A DNA stretch of 59,710 nt, counting the filler. It is 4 parts of 4 records of this genome, joined end to end, with 100 filler letters (N's around TTAATTAATTAA, not from the genome) between each part and the next. Parts side by side here need not be neighbours in the genome. Positions count along the whole stretch, not along the records: positions 1 to 29,781 come from DRR378314_1770; 3 more parts are not named here. The stretch is one strand, 5' to 3'. Both the position numbers and the translations under genes were made by a program. Below, in pieces: positions 10,187 through 21,620 of the stretch; positions within the stretch are counted from its first letter, which is position 1; each line of letters starts with the position of its first letter. Below the pieces are notes generated by a model. That model worked only from the letters and a program-made list of their open reading frames with translations, searched no databases and was not told the DNA's origin.

Positions 10187-10618
10187 ATGGCTTTAGAGCG
10201 TACTTTCTCAATCGTAAAACCTGATGCAGTAGCTAAAAACCACATTGGCGCTATCTACAACCGTTTCGAAACTGCTGGCCTTAAAATCGTTGCAGCTAAA
10301 ATGGTTCACCTTTCACAAGAGAAAGCTGAAGGTTTCTATGCTGAGCACAGCGAGCGTCCTTTCTTTGGTGCTTTAGTTTCTTTCATGACGTCTGGCCCAG
10401 TAATGGTTACCGTTCTTGAAGGCGAAAATGCTGTTCTTAAAAACCGCGAAATCATGGGTGCAACTAACCCAGCTGAAGCGCTAGCAGGTACTTTACGTGC
10501 AGACTACGCTGACAGCATCGACGAAAACGCTGTTCACGGTTCTGACGCTGTTGAATCTGCTGCTCGCGAAATCGCGTACTTCTTCGCTGACGAAGAGCTT
10601 TGCCCACGTACTCGTTAA
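10187..10618 (+). CDS. ndk: Nucleoside-diphosphate kinase
   Basis: [19 protein letters not shown]. First gene of the conserved cluster. Confidence 0.99.
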   Translation: MALERTFSIVKPDAVAKNHIGAIYNRFETAGLKIVAAKMVHLSQEKAEGFYAEHSERPFFGALVSFMTSGPVMVTVLEGENAVLKNREIMGATNPAEALAGTLRADYADSIDENAVHGSDAVESAAREIAYFFADEELCPRTR

Positions 10619-10639
10619 TTCGAGGCCGCTGTGCAAAAT

Positions 10640-10664
10640 AAAAAGGGCTTTCGGGCCCTTTTTT
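10640..10664 (+). terminator. Rho-independent terminator after ndk
   Basis: AAAAAGGGCT-TTCG-GGCCCTTTTTT. Confidence 0.85.
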
Positions 10665-10774
10665 AGTGATTAGCTAAGCAATTTAAAATGTTTAGCTAAT
10701 GACTAAACTGGTCGAATTGTGTACAATTCATCCCCGTAAATTTTATCACCACCGTCACTGATTGAGGTTGTTTC

Positions 10775-11905
10775 ATGACCGAGCAAAAAAAGATTAACTT
10801 ATTAGATTTAAACCGAGATGCAATGCGCGAATTATTTGTATCGTTCGGTGAAAAGCCATTTCGTGGCGATCAGGTGATGAAATGGATTTATCATTTTGGC
10901 GTTGATAACTTTGACGACATGAGCAACGTAAATAAAAAGCTTAAAGAAAAGCTAAAAAACGAATGTGAAATCGTCGCGCCAGAAATCTCTGTTCGTCAGC
11001 AAGCAAGCGACGGCACCATCAAGTACGCTTTAGTACTTGAAGGTGGTCAAGAGGTTGAAGCCGTATGGATCCCAGAAAAAGAGCGTGCAACGCTGTGTGT
11101 ATCATCACAAGTTGGCTGCGCCCTTGAATGTACTTTTTGTTCAACAGCTCAACAAGGCTTTAACCGTAACTTAAAAGTATCAGAAATTATTGGTCAAGTT
11201 TGGCGCGTAGCCAAAGATATCGGCCTTGATGGCAATAGTGAAAAGCGCCCTGTCACTAACGTGGTAATGATGGGTATGGGTGAGCCATTACTCAACGTTA
11301 AAAACGTAGTACCAGCAATGGAACTGATGATGGACGATTGGGGCTTTGGTTTATCTAAACGCCGCGTAACATTAAGCACCTCAGGTGTAGTACCAGCGCT
11401 TGATTTACTAAAAGAAAAAATCGACGTTGCTTTAGCGATTTCATTGCATGCGCCAGATAACGCATTACGCGATGTGCTAGTGCCAATTAATAAAAAGTAC
11501 CCAATTGAAGAGTTTTTAGCGGCATGTCGTCGTTATATTGATGGCTCTAAAGCTAACAAAGACGTCACTATTGAATACGTTATGCTTAATGGCGTGAACG
11601 ACAGCACTGATCAAGCACACGCACTGGTTAAAACGCTTAAGGGCACACCATCTAAAGTAAACTTAATTCCATTCAACCCGTTCCCAGGTAATGAATACAC
11701 CCGTTCGAGCAACAGTCGTATAGACCGTTTTTCTAAGGTGTTACAAGCTGGCGGTATTACGTGTATTGTGCGCCGTACCCGAGGGGACGATATCGATGCA
11801 GCCTGCGGCCAGTTAGCGGGTGATGTGGTTGACCGTACCAAGCGTATGGCAAAAAAGAAAATGCGTGATGAAAATGCAATTTCGGTCAATATCCAACAAG
11901 CTTAA
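10775..11905 (+). CDS. rlmN: Dual-specificity 23S rRNA/tRNA m2A methyltransferase RlmN
   Basis: Radical [26 protein letters not shown]. Confidence 0.98.
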   Translation: MTEQKKINLLDLNRDAMRELFVSFGEKPFRGDQVMKWIYHFGVDNFDDMSNVNKKLKEKLKNECEIVAPEISVRQQASDGTIKYALVLEGGQEVEAVWIPEKERATLCVSSQVGCALECTFCSTAQQGFNRNLKVSEIIGQVWRVAKDIGLDGNSEKRPVTNVVMMGMGEPLLNVKNVVPAMELMMDDWGFGLSKRRVTLSTSGVVPALDLLKEKIDVALAISLHAPDNALRDVLVPINKKYPIEEFLAACRRYIDGSKANKDVTIEYVMLNGVNDSTDQAHALVKTLKGTPSKVNLIPFNPFPGNEYTRSSNSRIDRFSKVLQAGGITCIVRRTRGDDIDAACGQLAGDVVDRTKRMAKKKMRDENAISVNIQQA

Positions 11906-12016
11906 CTAATCTAATGACTGAAACACTTGTGTAATGCATTAAATTCAAAAAGTTGATGCAACACAAGTGCTTTTCGGTAAGATAGGCTGATATGGATAAT
12001 AATAAGAGATAAGGTA

Positions 12017-13951
12017 ATGCGATCTTTACTTGCTTTAGCGGCCAGTGTCATTGCGCTTAGCGGCTGTGTGACTGAAAACAGTTACGAAGGCAATGATAAA
12101 CCCGTTGTCGAAAACACCATCAATAATACTGGCGCAGCGCGCACACGTATTGCACTTGCATTAGAATACCTCAATACCGGCAACAGCTCTCAGGCCAAGT
12201 ATAACTTAGAACGCGCAGCCTCATTTGCGCCTGACTTGCCCGAAGTACACTACTCGTTTGCTTATTACTATCAACAAGTCGGTGAAGACAGCCTAGCAGA
12301 TGATGCCTATCAAAAAGCGCTAAAAATTAATCCTAATGATCCAAATACTCGTAATAATTACGGGGTGTTTTTATGTGGTATCAATGAATACGATCGCGCA
12401 ACCGAACAATTTATTAAAGCCATTGAAATCCCAAGTTATATCCGCGTCGCAGAAAGTTATGAAAACCTAGCGTTATGTGCAATTGAATTTAATGACTTTG
12501 AACAAGCTGAGAAGTACTTTCTTTCTGCAATCAAGCATAGCTCCATGCGCGCATCTTCAATTATTAGTTTGTCTGCACTGTATTACGCAAAAAGTGATTT
12601 ACATAAAGCACAAGAGTTACTCACTCGGTATGAAAAATCAGGTCAGGTCTCGCCACGCTCGTTACTTTTGGATTATTTAATTGATCAACGTATGGGCCAT
12701 ATTGAAAAAGCCCAGACCACCGCTGCAACCATATTACAAACGTACCCGGTGTCGAACGAAGCCGTTTTAATTCGCGAACAACGCTTAAAACAAAGTGAAT
12801 TTGAAATTCTACGATTTAAATATCGCCAAGCAAAACTCGATGAATTTAAGTCTGAAAATTCATCTGTTATGGTGAACGCAAACCCGAAAATGCGTATCGT
12901 AAAAAAGAAAAAGGTACCTCAATTTGCAGCAGCAAAAGTAGAGCTGGCCACTGATTCGATAAAAACAACGCAAAATGGCTCATCTACTCGAACAGCACAA
13001 GACGTCACCGCTTCAGTTACCAAAACACAAGTAAATAATGAAGAACCACAAAAACCGCAAACAAGCGAAGCAACGCTGATCCCTGCAAGTATTCATATCG
13101 ATGACACGCCAATTGATACTAACGCAGTAATGGGTGCATTAACCACTGTAGCCACCACTGCCCCCTTCGCTACTCAAGCAAGCGAGCCTGTTCTTGCAAA
13201 AACAAACGCCAATGCACAAGCCGTTTTGTCAGCACTATCAGTAGTCGATTCAAATAATGAGAATCAAGTGTCAACTCCTGTCTCTGATGGCTTTTTTACG
13301 TCAAAGGTCGAAAATTTGGGAGTGTCTACTGCAACGCCTAGTGTATCTAAGCCTAAGCCCAGCAAAAATGAGCCAAAGGATGGGGTTAAAATTGTGTCAT
13401 TTGGCGCACCAAAAACCGAGCAAATGCTCAGTGCGCAAACAAATGTCAATGCAACACAACCGAGTAAAAGTGATTCTCAATCAGCAGGTGAGCAAGTTGA
13501 GTTTTATCAACCCGTAAAAAATGCAGCGGTTTTTGCAACGCAAAGTACCCGTACTAACCGTCAAGCAACGGTGCAATTTAATAATATTGACACGATTGAC
13601 GAAGCACCACTGTTGAATTCACGACTATCTCCTCCTGCTATTCCGTTTCATATTTTACAGGCTGGTGAAAACCTATTTAGCATTTCAGTACGATACAATG
13701 TTAGACTACAAAAATTACTCCAATGGAATGGGTTAAGAGAATCTGATCGACTGGTCAATGGAACTAAAATTTACCTTAATGACCCCAATATATTTTATAA
13801 AATAAACGCAGGCGATACTTTGTATAGTATTGCCACAGAGCGTCGCTTGTTAATTGATCAGTTAATGCGATGGAATAAATTAAGCCCAGATATTGCTCTC
13901 AAACCTGGGCATAGACTCTTACTAGTGGATCCCGAATCATACGCATTATGA
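12017..13951 (+). CDS. pilW: Type IV pilus biogenesis/stability lipoprotein PilW/PilF, with long linker and two C-terminal LysM domains
   Basis: LSGC lipobox, TPRs (ARTRIALALEYL, NNYGVFLC, ENLALCA), syntenic position, and LysM units HILQAGENLFSISVRYNV...WNGL and YKINAGDTLYSIA...WNKL. Confidence 0.88.
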   Translation: MRSLLALAASVIALSGCVTENSYEGNDKPVVENTINNTGAARTRIALALEYLNTGNSSQAKYNLERAASFAPDLPEVHYSFAYYYQQVGEDSLADDAYQKALKINPNDPNTRNNYGVFLCGINEYDRATEQFIKAIEIPSYIRVAESYENLALCAIEFNDFEQAEKYFLSAIKHSSMRASSIISLSALYYAKSDLHKAQELLTRYEKSGQVSPRSLLLDYLIDQRMGHIEKAQTTAATILQTYPVSNEAVLIREQRLKQSEFEILRFKYRQAKLDEFKSENSSVMVNANPKMRIVKKKKVPQFAAAKVELATDSIKTTQNGSSTRTAQDVTASVTKTQVNNEEPQKPQTSEATLIPASIHIDDTPIDTNAVMGALTTVATTAPFATQASEPVLAKTNANAQAVLSALSVVDSNNENQVSTPVSDGFFTSKVENLGVSTATPSVSKPKPSKNEPKDGVKIVSFGAPKTEQMLSAQTNVNATQPSKSDSQSAGEQVEFYQPVKNAAVFATQSTRTNRQATVQFNNIDTIDEAPLLNSRLSPPAIPFHILQAGENLFSISVRYNVRLQKLLQWNGLRESDRLVNGTKIYLNDPNIFYKINAGDTLYSIATERRLLIDQLMRWNKLSPDIALKPGHRLLLVDPESYAL

Positions 13952-14787
13952 ATGATGAAAATACAGAATCAACTCAACCAAGCTTAGGCCAAACATTAAA
14001 AACAGGCCGTGAAGCGGCAGGTGTTAGCCTTGAACAATTAGCTGAAAAATTAAAGCTATCGGTGTTGCAGTTGCAGCATTTAGAAAATGACGAACACCAC
14101 TTACTCGGCCCTGCAACTTTTGTAAAAGGGTATGCTAAATGTTATTGCCGCGAGTTTAATTTAGACAGCGCAGCCGTAATGGCATTATTTCCTGAAAGTC
14201 AGGAAACCGTAAAAAAATCGAATATGCAGAGCTTCTCAAAGCGTACCGAAAAAGAAGCGCATGACAGTCGGCTAATGCTTGTTAGTTACATTATTTTAGC
14301 AATAGCTATTGGCTCATCAGCATTGTGGTGGTGGCAAAATTCAACCCCATTAAATCAACAAACTGTCACCAAGCCGTTGATTGATTTGAACGTAAACGAC
14401 ACAGTGCAATCGCAACCTCAACCAATTAGCGCTGATGACGCAGAACCAATTCAACCTGAGTTTGAAAACAACACACCTGAACAGCCAGTGCAAATGCGTG
14501 AAGAGCCAGTTTCTGAGCCAGCACAACAAGAACAAAATGGTTTAAGCACGGTTGTAATGTTGTTTAACGAAGATAGCTGGGTAGAAATACACGACGGTGA
14601 AGGCGAAAAGGTCGCTTTTGGCGTAAAAAAAGCAGGCTATGAAATGACCCTAACTGGCACGCCTCCTTTTTCAGTGGTATTAGGAAAACACCAAGTAGTT
14701 GAAATTACACTCAATGGTGAAGCCATCGATATTTCGAATTTTCCTAAGAATCGTTTAGCCAAATTTAATTTACCATTAGCAGAGTAG
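13948..14787 (+). CDS. rodZ: Cytoskeleton protein RodZ
   Basis: HTH ([10 protein letters not shown]...FVKGYAKCY), single TM, C-terminal DSWVEI domain, synteny. Confidence 0.92.
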   Translation: MNDENTESTQPSLGQTLKTGREAAGVSLEQLAEKLKLSVLQLQHLENDEHHLLGPATFVKGYAKCYCREFNLDSAAVMALFPESQETVKKSNMQSFSKRTEKEAHDSRLMLVSYIILAIAIGSSALWWWQNSTPLNQQTVTKPLIDLNVNDTVQSQPQPISADDAEPIQPEFENNTPEQPVQMREEPVSEPAQQEQNGLSTVVMLFNEDSWVEIHDGEGEKVAFGVKKAGYEMTLTGTPPFSVVLGKHQVVEITLNGEAIDISNFPKNRLAKFNLPLAE

Positions 14788-14792
14788 TCGCT

Positions 14793-15911
14793 ATGTTTTC
14801 AGAATCTCCAATCAAACGCAGAAAATCAACCCGTATCAATGTCGGAAATGTCCCTATTGGTGATGGCGCACCTATTGCTGTGCAATCTATGACCAACACA
14901 GATACCATGGATATTGATGCCACTGTAGCTCAAATTCAAGCTATACAAGATGCGGGAGCCGATATTGTTCGTGTATCCGTGCCAACCATGGCTGCCGCTG
15001 AAGCATTTAAAAGCATCAAAGAGCAGGTGACGATTCCACTTGTGACCGATATTCATTTCGATTACCGCATCGCTTTAAAAGTGGCGCAGTATGGTGCTGA
15101 TTGTTTACGTATAAACCCAGGTAATATCGGCAGTGAAGAACGTATTCGCGCTGTGGTTGATTCTGCGCGTGAACACAACATTCCGATTCGTATTGGTGTA
15201 AATGGCGGTTCTCTTGAGCGTGACTTGCAAGAGAAATACGGAGAACCAACGCCAGAAGCATTACTTGAATCAGCCATGCGCCATGTAGAGATTTTACAAC
15301 GTTTGGACTTTGATCAATTCAAAATCTCAGTAAAAGCATCTGATGTATTTTTAGCCGTTGGCGCATATCGCCTGCTTGCTAAAGAAATCGACCAACCATT
15401 ACATTTAGGTATTACTGAAGCCGGCGGCATGCGCTCAGGCTCAGTAAAATCGGCTGTTGGTTTGGGTATGTTACTCGCAGAGGGTATTGGTGACACATTG
15501 CGCGTATCACTAGCCGCAGATCCTGTTCAAGAGATTAAAGTCGGTTTTGATATTTTAAAATCATTACGCATCCGCTCTCGTGGTATTAACTTTATTGCTT
15601 GCCCTAGCTGCTCTCGCCAAGAGTTTGATGTTGTAAGCACCATGAACCAACTCGAAGAGCGCCTTGAAGATATCATTGAGCCGGTCTCTGTGTCGGTGAT
15701 TGGTTGTGTAGTTAACGGCCCAGGTGAAGCACTCGTTAGTGATATTGGTTTAGCTGGTGCAAATCGTCGCTCTGGCTTATATATCAATGGCGAACGTCAA
15801 AAAGCACGTATCGACAATAATAATATTGTTGAGGAGCTTGAAGGCTATGTTCGCGATTTTATCGCTAAAAAAGAACAGCAAACCCCTATCGACGTTAAAA
15901 TCGTCGAATAA
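14793..15911 (+). CDS. ispG: HMBPP synthase
   Basis: [35 protein letters not shown]. Confidence 0.99.
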   Translation: MFSESPIKRRKSTRINVGNVPIGDGAPIAVQSMTNTDTMDIDATVAQIQAIQDAGADIVRVSVPTMAAAEAFKSIKEQVTIPLVTDIHFDYRIALKVAQYGADCLRINPGNIGSEERIRAVVDSAREHNIPIRIGVNGGSLERDLQEKYGEPTPEALLESAMRHVEILQRLDFDQFKISVKASDVFLAVGAYRLLAKEIDQPLHLGITEAGGMRSGSVKSAVGLGMLLAEGIGDTLRVSLAADPVQEIKVGFDILKSLRIRSRGINFIACPSCSRQEFDVVSTMNQLEERLEDIIEPVSVSVIGCVVNGPGEALVSDIGLAGANRRSGLYINGERQKARIDNNNIVEELEGYVRDFIAKKEQQTPIDVKIVE

Positions 15912-16032
15912 AATTAATATAGTCGGCAAACTGGGTGGTTTGCCGCACGCATGCCAGCTATAATAGCGGGTCAATTTTTAGCATTTTTGTTGTCGCACCC
16001 CTGTGCGCAAATACAGTTTTTAGGATTTATCA

Positions 16033-17313
16033 GTGGCAAAACAAATTCAGGCAATACGTGGAATGAACGATTGTCTGCCGGGCGACACCCAAGTTTGGCA
16101 GAAAGTAGAAAACATTTTACGCGAGACGGTCGCATCGTTCGGTTATCAAGAAATTCGTTTTCCAATTGTAGAATCAACCGATCTTTTCAAACGCTCTATT
16201 GGTGAAGTAACCGATATCGTAGAAAAAGAAATGTACACTTTTGCAGATAACAATGGCGATAGCTTAACTCTTCGCCCAGAAGGTACTGCAGTTTGTGTAC
16301 GTGCTGGTAACCAAAACGGATTACTGTATAACCAAGAGCAGCGCTTATGGTATATGGGTCCAATGTTTAGACATGAGCGTCCTCAAAAAGGCCGTTATCG
16401 TCAATTTCACCAATTTGGTCTAGAAACATTCGGTATTGCAACACCCGATATCGACGCAGAAGTTATCTTGCTTACTGCACAACTATGGAAACAATTTGGT
16501 ATCAGTGACCATGTTCGCTTAGAACTTAACTCACTGGGTTCAAATGAAGCCCGAGCACAATACCGTGATGCGCTAATTAGCTATTTAGAACAACATGTTG
16601 ACGTACTAGATGAAGATTCTAAGCGTCGTATGCACTCAAACCCATTGCGAGTGTTAGACAGCAAAAACCCTGATGTTCAAGCCATCTTAGTCGATGCACC
16701 AAAACTGTCAGAACATTTAGATGCTGAATCAAAAGAACATTTTGCAAGTTTATGTGAACGTTTAGACGCTGCAGGCGTCATATACACGGTAAATGAACGA
16801 CTCGTTCGTGGTTTAGATTACTACAACCGAACTGTATTTGAGTGGGTCACTGACAGCCTCGGCGCACAAGGCACTGTTTGTGCTGGCGGCCGTTATGATG
16901 GGTTAGTTGAGCAACTAGGTGGTAAAGCATCACCTGCCGTTGGATTTGCCATGGGCCTTGAACGATTGGTATTACTGTTACAAGCATTAGAATGTGTAGG
17001 TGACATACGCCGCAACGCTGATGTATATTTGGCAGCAATGGGTGATAAGGCAAGTATCCAAGCCCCACTAATCGCAGCTCAACTACGTGCTGATGTGCCA
17101 GGACTTAGAGTCATGGTTCACGCTGGCGGTGGTAACTTTAAAAAGCAGCTTAAACGCGCTGATAAAAGTGATGCAGTTGTGGCACTAATTATCGGTGAAG
17201 ACGAATTAGAACAAGGCGTAGTGACTGTTAAATATTTACGTGAACGTAAAGAACAAGTCACCTTAGAATTAGAACAAGTTAAAACGCTTTTAGCTGAGCT
17301 AGTACAAAGCTAA
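16033..17313 (+). CDS. hisS: Histidyl-tRNA synthetase
   Basis: [36 protein letters not shown]. Confidence 0.99.
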   Translation: MAKQIQAIRGMNDCLPGDTQVWQKVENILRETVASFGYQEIRFPIVESTDLFKRSIGEVTDIVEKEMYTFADNNGDSLTLRPEGTAVCVRAGNQNGLLYNQEQRLWYMGPMFRHERPQKGRYRQFHQFGLETFGIATPDIDAEVILLTAQLWKQFGISDHVRLELNSLGSNEARAQYRDALISYLEQHVDVLDEDSKRRMHSNPLRVLDSKNPDVQAILVDAPKLSEHLDAESKEHFASLCERLDAAGVIYTVNERLVRGLDYYNRTVFEWVTDSLGAQGTVCAGGRYDGLVEQLGGKASPAVGFAMGLERLVLLLQALECVGDIRRNADVYLAAMGDKASIQAPLIAAQLRADVPGLRVMVHAGGGNFKKQLKRADKSDAVVALIIGEDELEQGVVTVKYLRERKEQVTLELEQVKTLLAELVQS

Positions 17314-17329
17314 AACATTAGAGGTAATA

Positions 17330-17950
17330 ATGGATATTTATTCAACAGAAGAACAACAAGCAGAAGCAATTAAACGATTTTTCCGCGAAAATGGCGTATC
17401 ACTTGCGCTAGGTATTGTTATCGGTTTAGGCGGTTTATACGGCTGGAAAGCATATAACCAGCACCAAATTACAACAGCAGAAAGTGCATCGGATGCTTAC
17501 ACTACATTAGTAGAAAGTGGTGAAGTATTAGGCGCAGCCGATACATTTATTGCTGAAAATAAAGACTCTAATTACAGCGTACTTGCGTCATTTGTTGCTG
17601 CAAAAGAAGCGGTAGAAAAAGGCCAACTTGACGTAGCAAGTGAGAAATTAACTTGGGTTATGTCAAATGTTGATAACGCTGACTTAAAAGCAACAGCAAT
17701 TACGCGTTTAGCGCGTGTACAAGTTGCTCAAAAACAATACGATGATGCGTTAGCTACATTAGACAAAACACAAAATGACGCATACAAAGCGGCTGTTGCT
17801 GAAATTAAAGGCGACATTTATTTAGCACAAGGTAACGCTGAGCAAGCACGCGTTGCTTATCAAACAGCGGCTGATGCAGGTGGCCTTGAAAACAACCCAT
17901 TATTGCAAATCAAACTTGATGACTTAGCAGTAACTAGCCCAGCGGCATAA
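17330..17950 (+). CDS. yfgM: YfgM ancillary SecYEG translocon subunit (TPR)
   Basis: TEEQQAEAIKRFFRENG + TM + TPR. Lies between hisS and bamB. Confidence 0.92.
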   Translation: MDIYSTEEQQAEAIKRFFRENGVSLALGIVIGLGGLYGWKAYNQHQITTAESASDAYTTLVESGEVLGAADTFIAENKDSNYSVLASFVAAKEAVEKGQLDVASEKLTWVMSNVDNADLKATAITRLARVQVAQKQYDDALATLDKTQNDAYKAAVAEIKGDIYLAQGNAEQARVAYQTAADAGGLENNPLLQIKLDDLAVTSPAA

Positions 17951-17959
17951 GGGGTTACC

Positions 17960-19138
17960 ATGAAAAAGTTAACAGCGGCAAGTATTGCTTTATGTATGGC
18001 GACTCTGGTTGGTTGCTCATCAAGTGATGACGAAGAAGAACTAGTATTGCCTGAAATCGTTAATCAGTTTGAAACGAACGTTGTATGGCAAGAAAGCATT
18101 GGTGATGGGGTAGAACATTACTTTTCACGCTTAACACCAGCTATTTATAAAGATCACGTTTTTGTAGCCAGTCGTGATGGTGATATAGAAGCACTATCAG
18201 TTGAAACTGGCGATACGCTCTGGGAAACGGACGTACGTGAGAATTCTACATTTTGGCCATGGGAAAGTGATATCAGTGCCAAGTTATCTGGTGGTATACT
18301 ACAAGCCTACGGTAAATTATTTGTTGGCTCAGAGCATGGTTTTTTAATTGCCCTTGATCGTGAAACCGGTGAAGTAGTATGGCGTAAAAACGTACCTGGT
18401 GAAGTACTTGCTTCTCCTGCTGCCGGTGATGGGTTAATTTTTGTTAATTTAGGTTCGGGCAAACTACTTGCGCTTCATCCAGATACCGGTGAAGAGCGTT
18501 GGAGTCACGAGCAAGAAGTCCCTCCATTGACACTTCGCGGTCAAAGCTCACCGACTGTGGCTAATGGCGGTGTTCTGGTTGGGCTTGAAACTGGAAAGCT
18601 AAGCGTACTTATTTCTGAAAGTGGTTATTCTGCATGGAGTGCTGAAATAGCAACGCCTAAAGGTGCATCTGAGTTTGAACGTCTTGTTGATGTTGACACT
18701 CGCCCACTTATTAGCGGCCCATATGCCTATGCTATCGCCTATAATGGTAACTTAGCAGCGGTTGATATTCGCTCTGGTAATGTTGTGTGGAAACGTGAAT
18801 ACAGCAGCTACCGTGAAATAGCGATGGACGCTTTGACTATCTACGTTGTTGATAGTGATGGTGTTGTATACGCATTAGATAAAACCTCTGGCATTGAACG
18901 CTGGAGTCAACCAGCTCTTCGTGGTTGGTATTTGACAGGGCCTGCGGTAGCAGGGAGCTATTTAGCATTAGGTGACCAAGAAGGTAACTTACACTGGCTA
19001 AATAAAGAATCAGGCGAGCTTGTATCGCGCGAAGACTTCGACAGTTCAGGCTTTTTTGTTGAGCCAATTGTTGCAGACGATAAACTGATTTTATACACCC
19101 GAGATGGTGAAGTTAGTGCGGTAACCATACCTAACTAA
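17960..19138 (+). CDS. bamB: Outer membrane protein assembly factor BamB
   Basis: LVGC lipobox, PQQ-like repeats, LTLRG and ERLVDVD motifs. Confidence 0.96.
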   Translation: MKKLTAASIALCMATLVGCSSSDDEEELVLPEIVNQFETNVVWQESIGDGVEHYFSRLTPAIYKDHVFVASRDGDIEALSVETGDTLWETDVRENSTFWPWESDISAKLSGGILQAYGKLFVGSEHGFLIALDRETGEVVWRKNVPGEVLASPAAGDGLIFVNLGSGKLLALHPDTGEERWSHEQEVPPLTLRGQSSPTVANGGVLVGLETGKLSVLISESGYSAWSAEIATPKGASEFERLVDVDTRPLISGPYAYAIAYNGNLAAVDIRSGNVVWKREYSSYREIAMDALTIYVVDSDGVVYALDKTSGIERWSQPALRGWYLTGPAVAGSYLALGDQEGNLHWLNKESGELVSREDFDSSGFFVEPIVADDKLILYTRDGEVSAVTIPN

Positions 19139-19163
19139 CACACTAATCTACATGTATTTTTAT

Positions 19164-19188
19164 AAGGCTTCGCACTGCGAAGCCTTTT
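19164..19188 (+). terminator. Hairpin/terminator between bamB and der
   Basis: AAGGCTTCGCA-C-TGCGAAGCCTTTT. Confidence 0.7.
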
Positions 19189-19211
19189 GTTGTTTTTTAA
19201 AGAGGTAGTTT

Positions 19212-20675
19212 ATGCTTCCCGTGATCGCTCTAGTTGGGCGACCCAATGTGGGCAAATCCACATTATTTAACCGTTTAACACGTACTCGTGATGCACTCGT
19301 TGCCGATTTTCCAGGCTTAACACGAGATAGAAAATATGGCCAAGCTAACTATGATGGCTATGAATTTATCGTGGTAGACACGGGCGGTATTGATGGTTCT
19401 GAAGAAGGCATTGAAATCGAAATGGCCGATCAGTCGCTACTAGCGATTGAAGAAGCTGATATCGTATTGTTCTTGGTTGATGCCCGTGTGGGTATGACAG
19501 TTGCCGATCAAGCCATTGCAAATCACTTGCGCAAGCAAGAGAAGAAAAGCTTTGTTGTTGCCAATAAAACCGATGGTATTGATGCTGATTCTAATTGTGC
19601 AGAGTTTTACCAATTATCGTTAGGTGAAGTACACCATATTGCAGCAGCGCATGGCCGTGGTATTACATTACTGCTAGAACACACGTTACAGCCTGTAATC
19701 GCTCAGCTCAGTGCAGAGAACGATGATGGTGAAGACAGCGATGACGAACTCATTGATTTATACTCAGAAGAAGACGGTGAAGCAGAACAACAAGCGTTTG
19801 CTGACAAACCAGTTAAATTAGCTATCATTGGTCGTCCTAATGTAGGTAAGTCAACACTAACAAACCGCATACTCGGTGAAGAACGTGTTATTGTTTACGA
19901 TATGCCAGGCACAACGCGTGACTCGGTTTATATCCCAATGACACGAAATGACAAAGAGTACATATTAATTGATACGGCAGGCGTACGTAAACGTAAAAAA
20001 GTAAGCGATGTCGTTGAAAAGTTCTCTGTGATCAAAACACTCCAAGCGATTGAAGATTCTAACGTAGTACTTGTGGTTGTTGATGCACGCGAAGGTATTT
20101 CGGATCAAGACTTAAGCTTACTTGGTTTTGCATTGAACTCCGGTCGTTCATTGGTGATTGCAGTGAACAAATGGGATGGTCTAGACACCTACGTAAAAGA
20201 TCGCATCAAATCAGAGCTTGATCGTCGTTTAGGCTTTATTGATTTTGCACGTATTCATTTTATCTCAGCGTTACATGGTACGGGTGTTGGTCATTTATTT
20301 GAATCAATCGACGAAGCGTACGAGTCAGCGACTAAGCGTATCAGTACTGCCATGCTTCGTCGTATCATGGATATGGCACAAGCAGACCACCAGCCGCCAC
20401 TTGTTCGTGGCCGTCGTGTTAAGCTTAAATATGCCCACGCCGGTGGTTATAACCCGCCACGTATCGTCATTCACGGTAACCAAGTTCACGACTTACCTGA
20501 TAGCTATAAACGCTACTTGATGAACTACTACCGTAAAGCGTTAAAAATTATGGGCACGCCAATCAAAATTGAATTTAGAGAAGGCGACAACCCATTTGCT
20601 GGGCGTACAAACAAAGTAACGCTTTCGCAAAAACGTAAGATCCGCGCGTTTAGTAAAGAAAATCGTAACAAATAG
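19212..20675 (+). CDS. der: Ribosome biogenesis GTPase Der (EngA)
   Basis: Two GRPNVGKS P-loops, DTGG/DTAG, acidic linker, KH-like C-terminus. Confidence 0.99.
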   Translation: MLPVIALVGRPNVGKSTLFNRLTRTRDALVADFPGLTRDRKYGQANYDGYEFIVVDTGGIDGSEEGIEIEMADQSLLAIEEADIVLFLVDARVGMTVADQAIANHLRKQEKKSFVVANKTDGIDADSNCAEFYQLSLGEVHHIAAAHGRGITLLLEHTLQPVIAQLSAENDDGEDSDDELIDLYSEEDGEAEQQAFADKPVKLAIIGRPNVGKSTLTNRILGEERVIVYDMPGTTRDSVYIPMTRNDKEYILIDTAGVRKRKKVSDVVEKFSVIKTLQAIEDSNVVLVVVDAREGISDQDLSLLGFALNSGRSLVIAVNKWDGLDTYVKDRIKSELDRRLGFIDFARIHFISALHGTGVGHLFESIDEAYESATKRISTAMLRRIMDMAQADHQPPLVRGRRVKLKYAHAGGYNPPRIVIHGNQVHDLPDSYKRYLMNYYRKALKIMGTPIKIEFREGDNPFAGRTNKVTLSQKRKIRAFSKENRNK

Positions 20676-20697
20676 TAGCGCTTTTCATACGCAATTT

Positions 20698-20732
20698 AAA
20701 AACCTTACTGAGTAAACTCGTAAGGTTTTTTT
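20698..20732 (+). terminator. Rho-independent terminator after der
   Basis: AAAAACCTTAC-TGAG-TAAA-CTC-GTAAGGTTTTTTT. Confidence 0.8.
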
Positions 20733-20810
20733 ATGATTAAAATTAATAGTTTAGTATTTTAATTTTCGCAAATACGCTAAAACTGTGCTTTATTTATATT
20801 TAGAAGATAA

Positions 20811-21212
20811 ATGAACATCAGTGAGCTGTATATGGAATTAATGAGCCAAGTTATCTATGTTGATGACGTTGAAGAAACTTTAGACTTTTATTACCAAGCA
20901 TTTGGCTTTGTTACTTTTTCATTAAGTGAAAACGCTGAATATGGGGAGCTCTCTACTGGCAATATAAAAATAGCATTTGCCGCTCACCCCTACGCGCAAG
21001 CGCATTTTAAACAAGGGTATATTCGCGCACACCCAAAGCAACCAGCACTAGGCTTTGAACTAAGGTTTAGCTGTACAAACCTGATTGAAAGTTACGATAA
21101 AGCAGTACTTGCAGGTGCCGAGCCACTTTGTCCTCCAAGTTTAAGAGAGACGCAGCATTATGCGTATGTTAGGGCAATAGAGGGAACGTTAATTTGCCTA
21201 TATCAAGCCTGA
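20811..21212 (+). CDS. VOC/glyoxalase-family protein
   Basis: IYVDDVEETLDFYYQAFG, YGELSTG, YDKAVLAGA, AYVRAIEGTLI pattern. Confidence 0.85.
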   Translation: MNISELYMELMSQVIYVDDVEETLDFYYQAFGFVTFSLSENAEYGELSTGNIKIAFAAHPYAQAHFKQGYIRAHPKQPALGFELRFSCTNLIESYDKAVLAGAEPLCPPSLRETQHYAYVRAIEGTLICLYQA

Positions 21213-21318
21213 ACTGTCACCCTTCATCGAAATACCATGAAAGCTTAACCAAGTAGACATATTAGAAACACCGTTTTGTCATTAACTTTAGTTAATTTAT
21301 AGCCAACTAAATAAGGAG

Positions 21319-21561
21319 ATGACAATGAACACATTACTACTGACTTTATTACTACTTAGCCCTGCTGACATCGCATTAGATAAACAGATAAAGCAACAAA
21401 CCGCGCACACTTTAAAAGCACTAAGCACAACTCACGAATTGCAACTAAAAGCCGAAATATCAGCGACGCTAAAAAATGCAGAGCCACTCTTTGCTATCAA
21501 GGTTGATAAACAAACCTTGGCAAAAGTACAAACAGAACAACAGCCGCTAACACAAGAGTAA
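21319..21561 (+). CDS. Small hypothetical exported protein
   Basis: TAAGGAG RBS and a hydrophobic signal-like N-terminus. Confidence 0.65.
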   Translation: MTMNTLLLTLLLLSPADIALDKQIKQQTAHTLKALSTTHELQLKAEISATLKNAEPLFAIKVDKQTLAKVQTEQQPLTQE

Positions 21562-21620
21562 GTGGCTGTTTAATTCTGTCACATCAAGCATGGCACTATA
21601 TGGATGAATCGCTTCATTAA

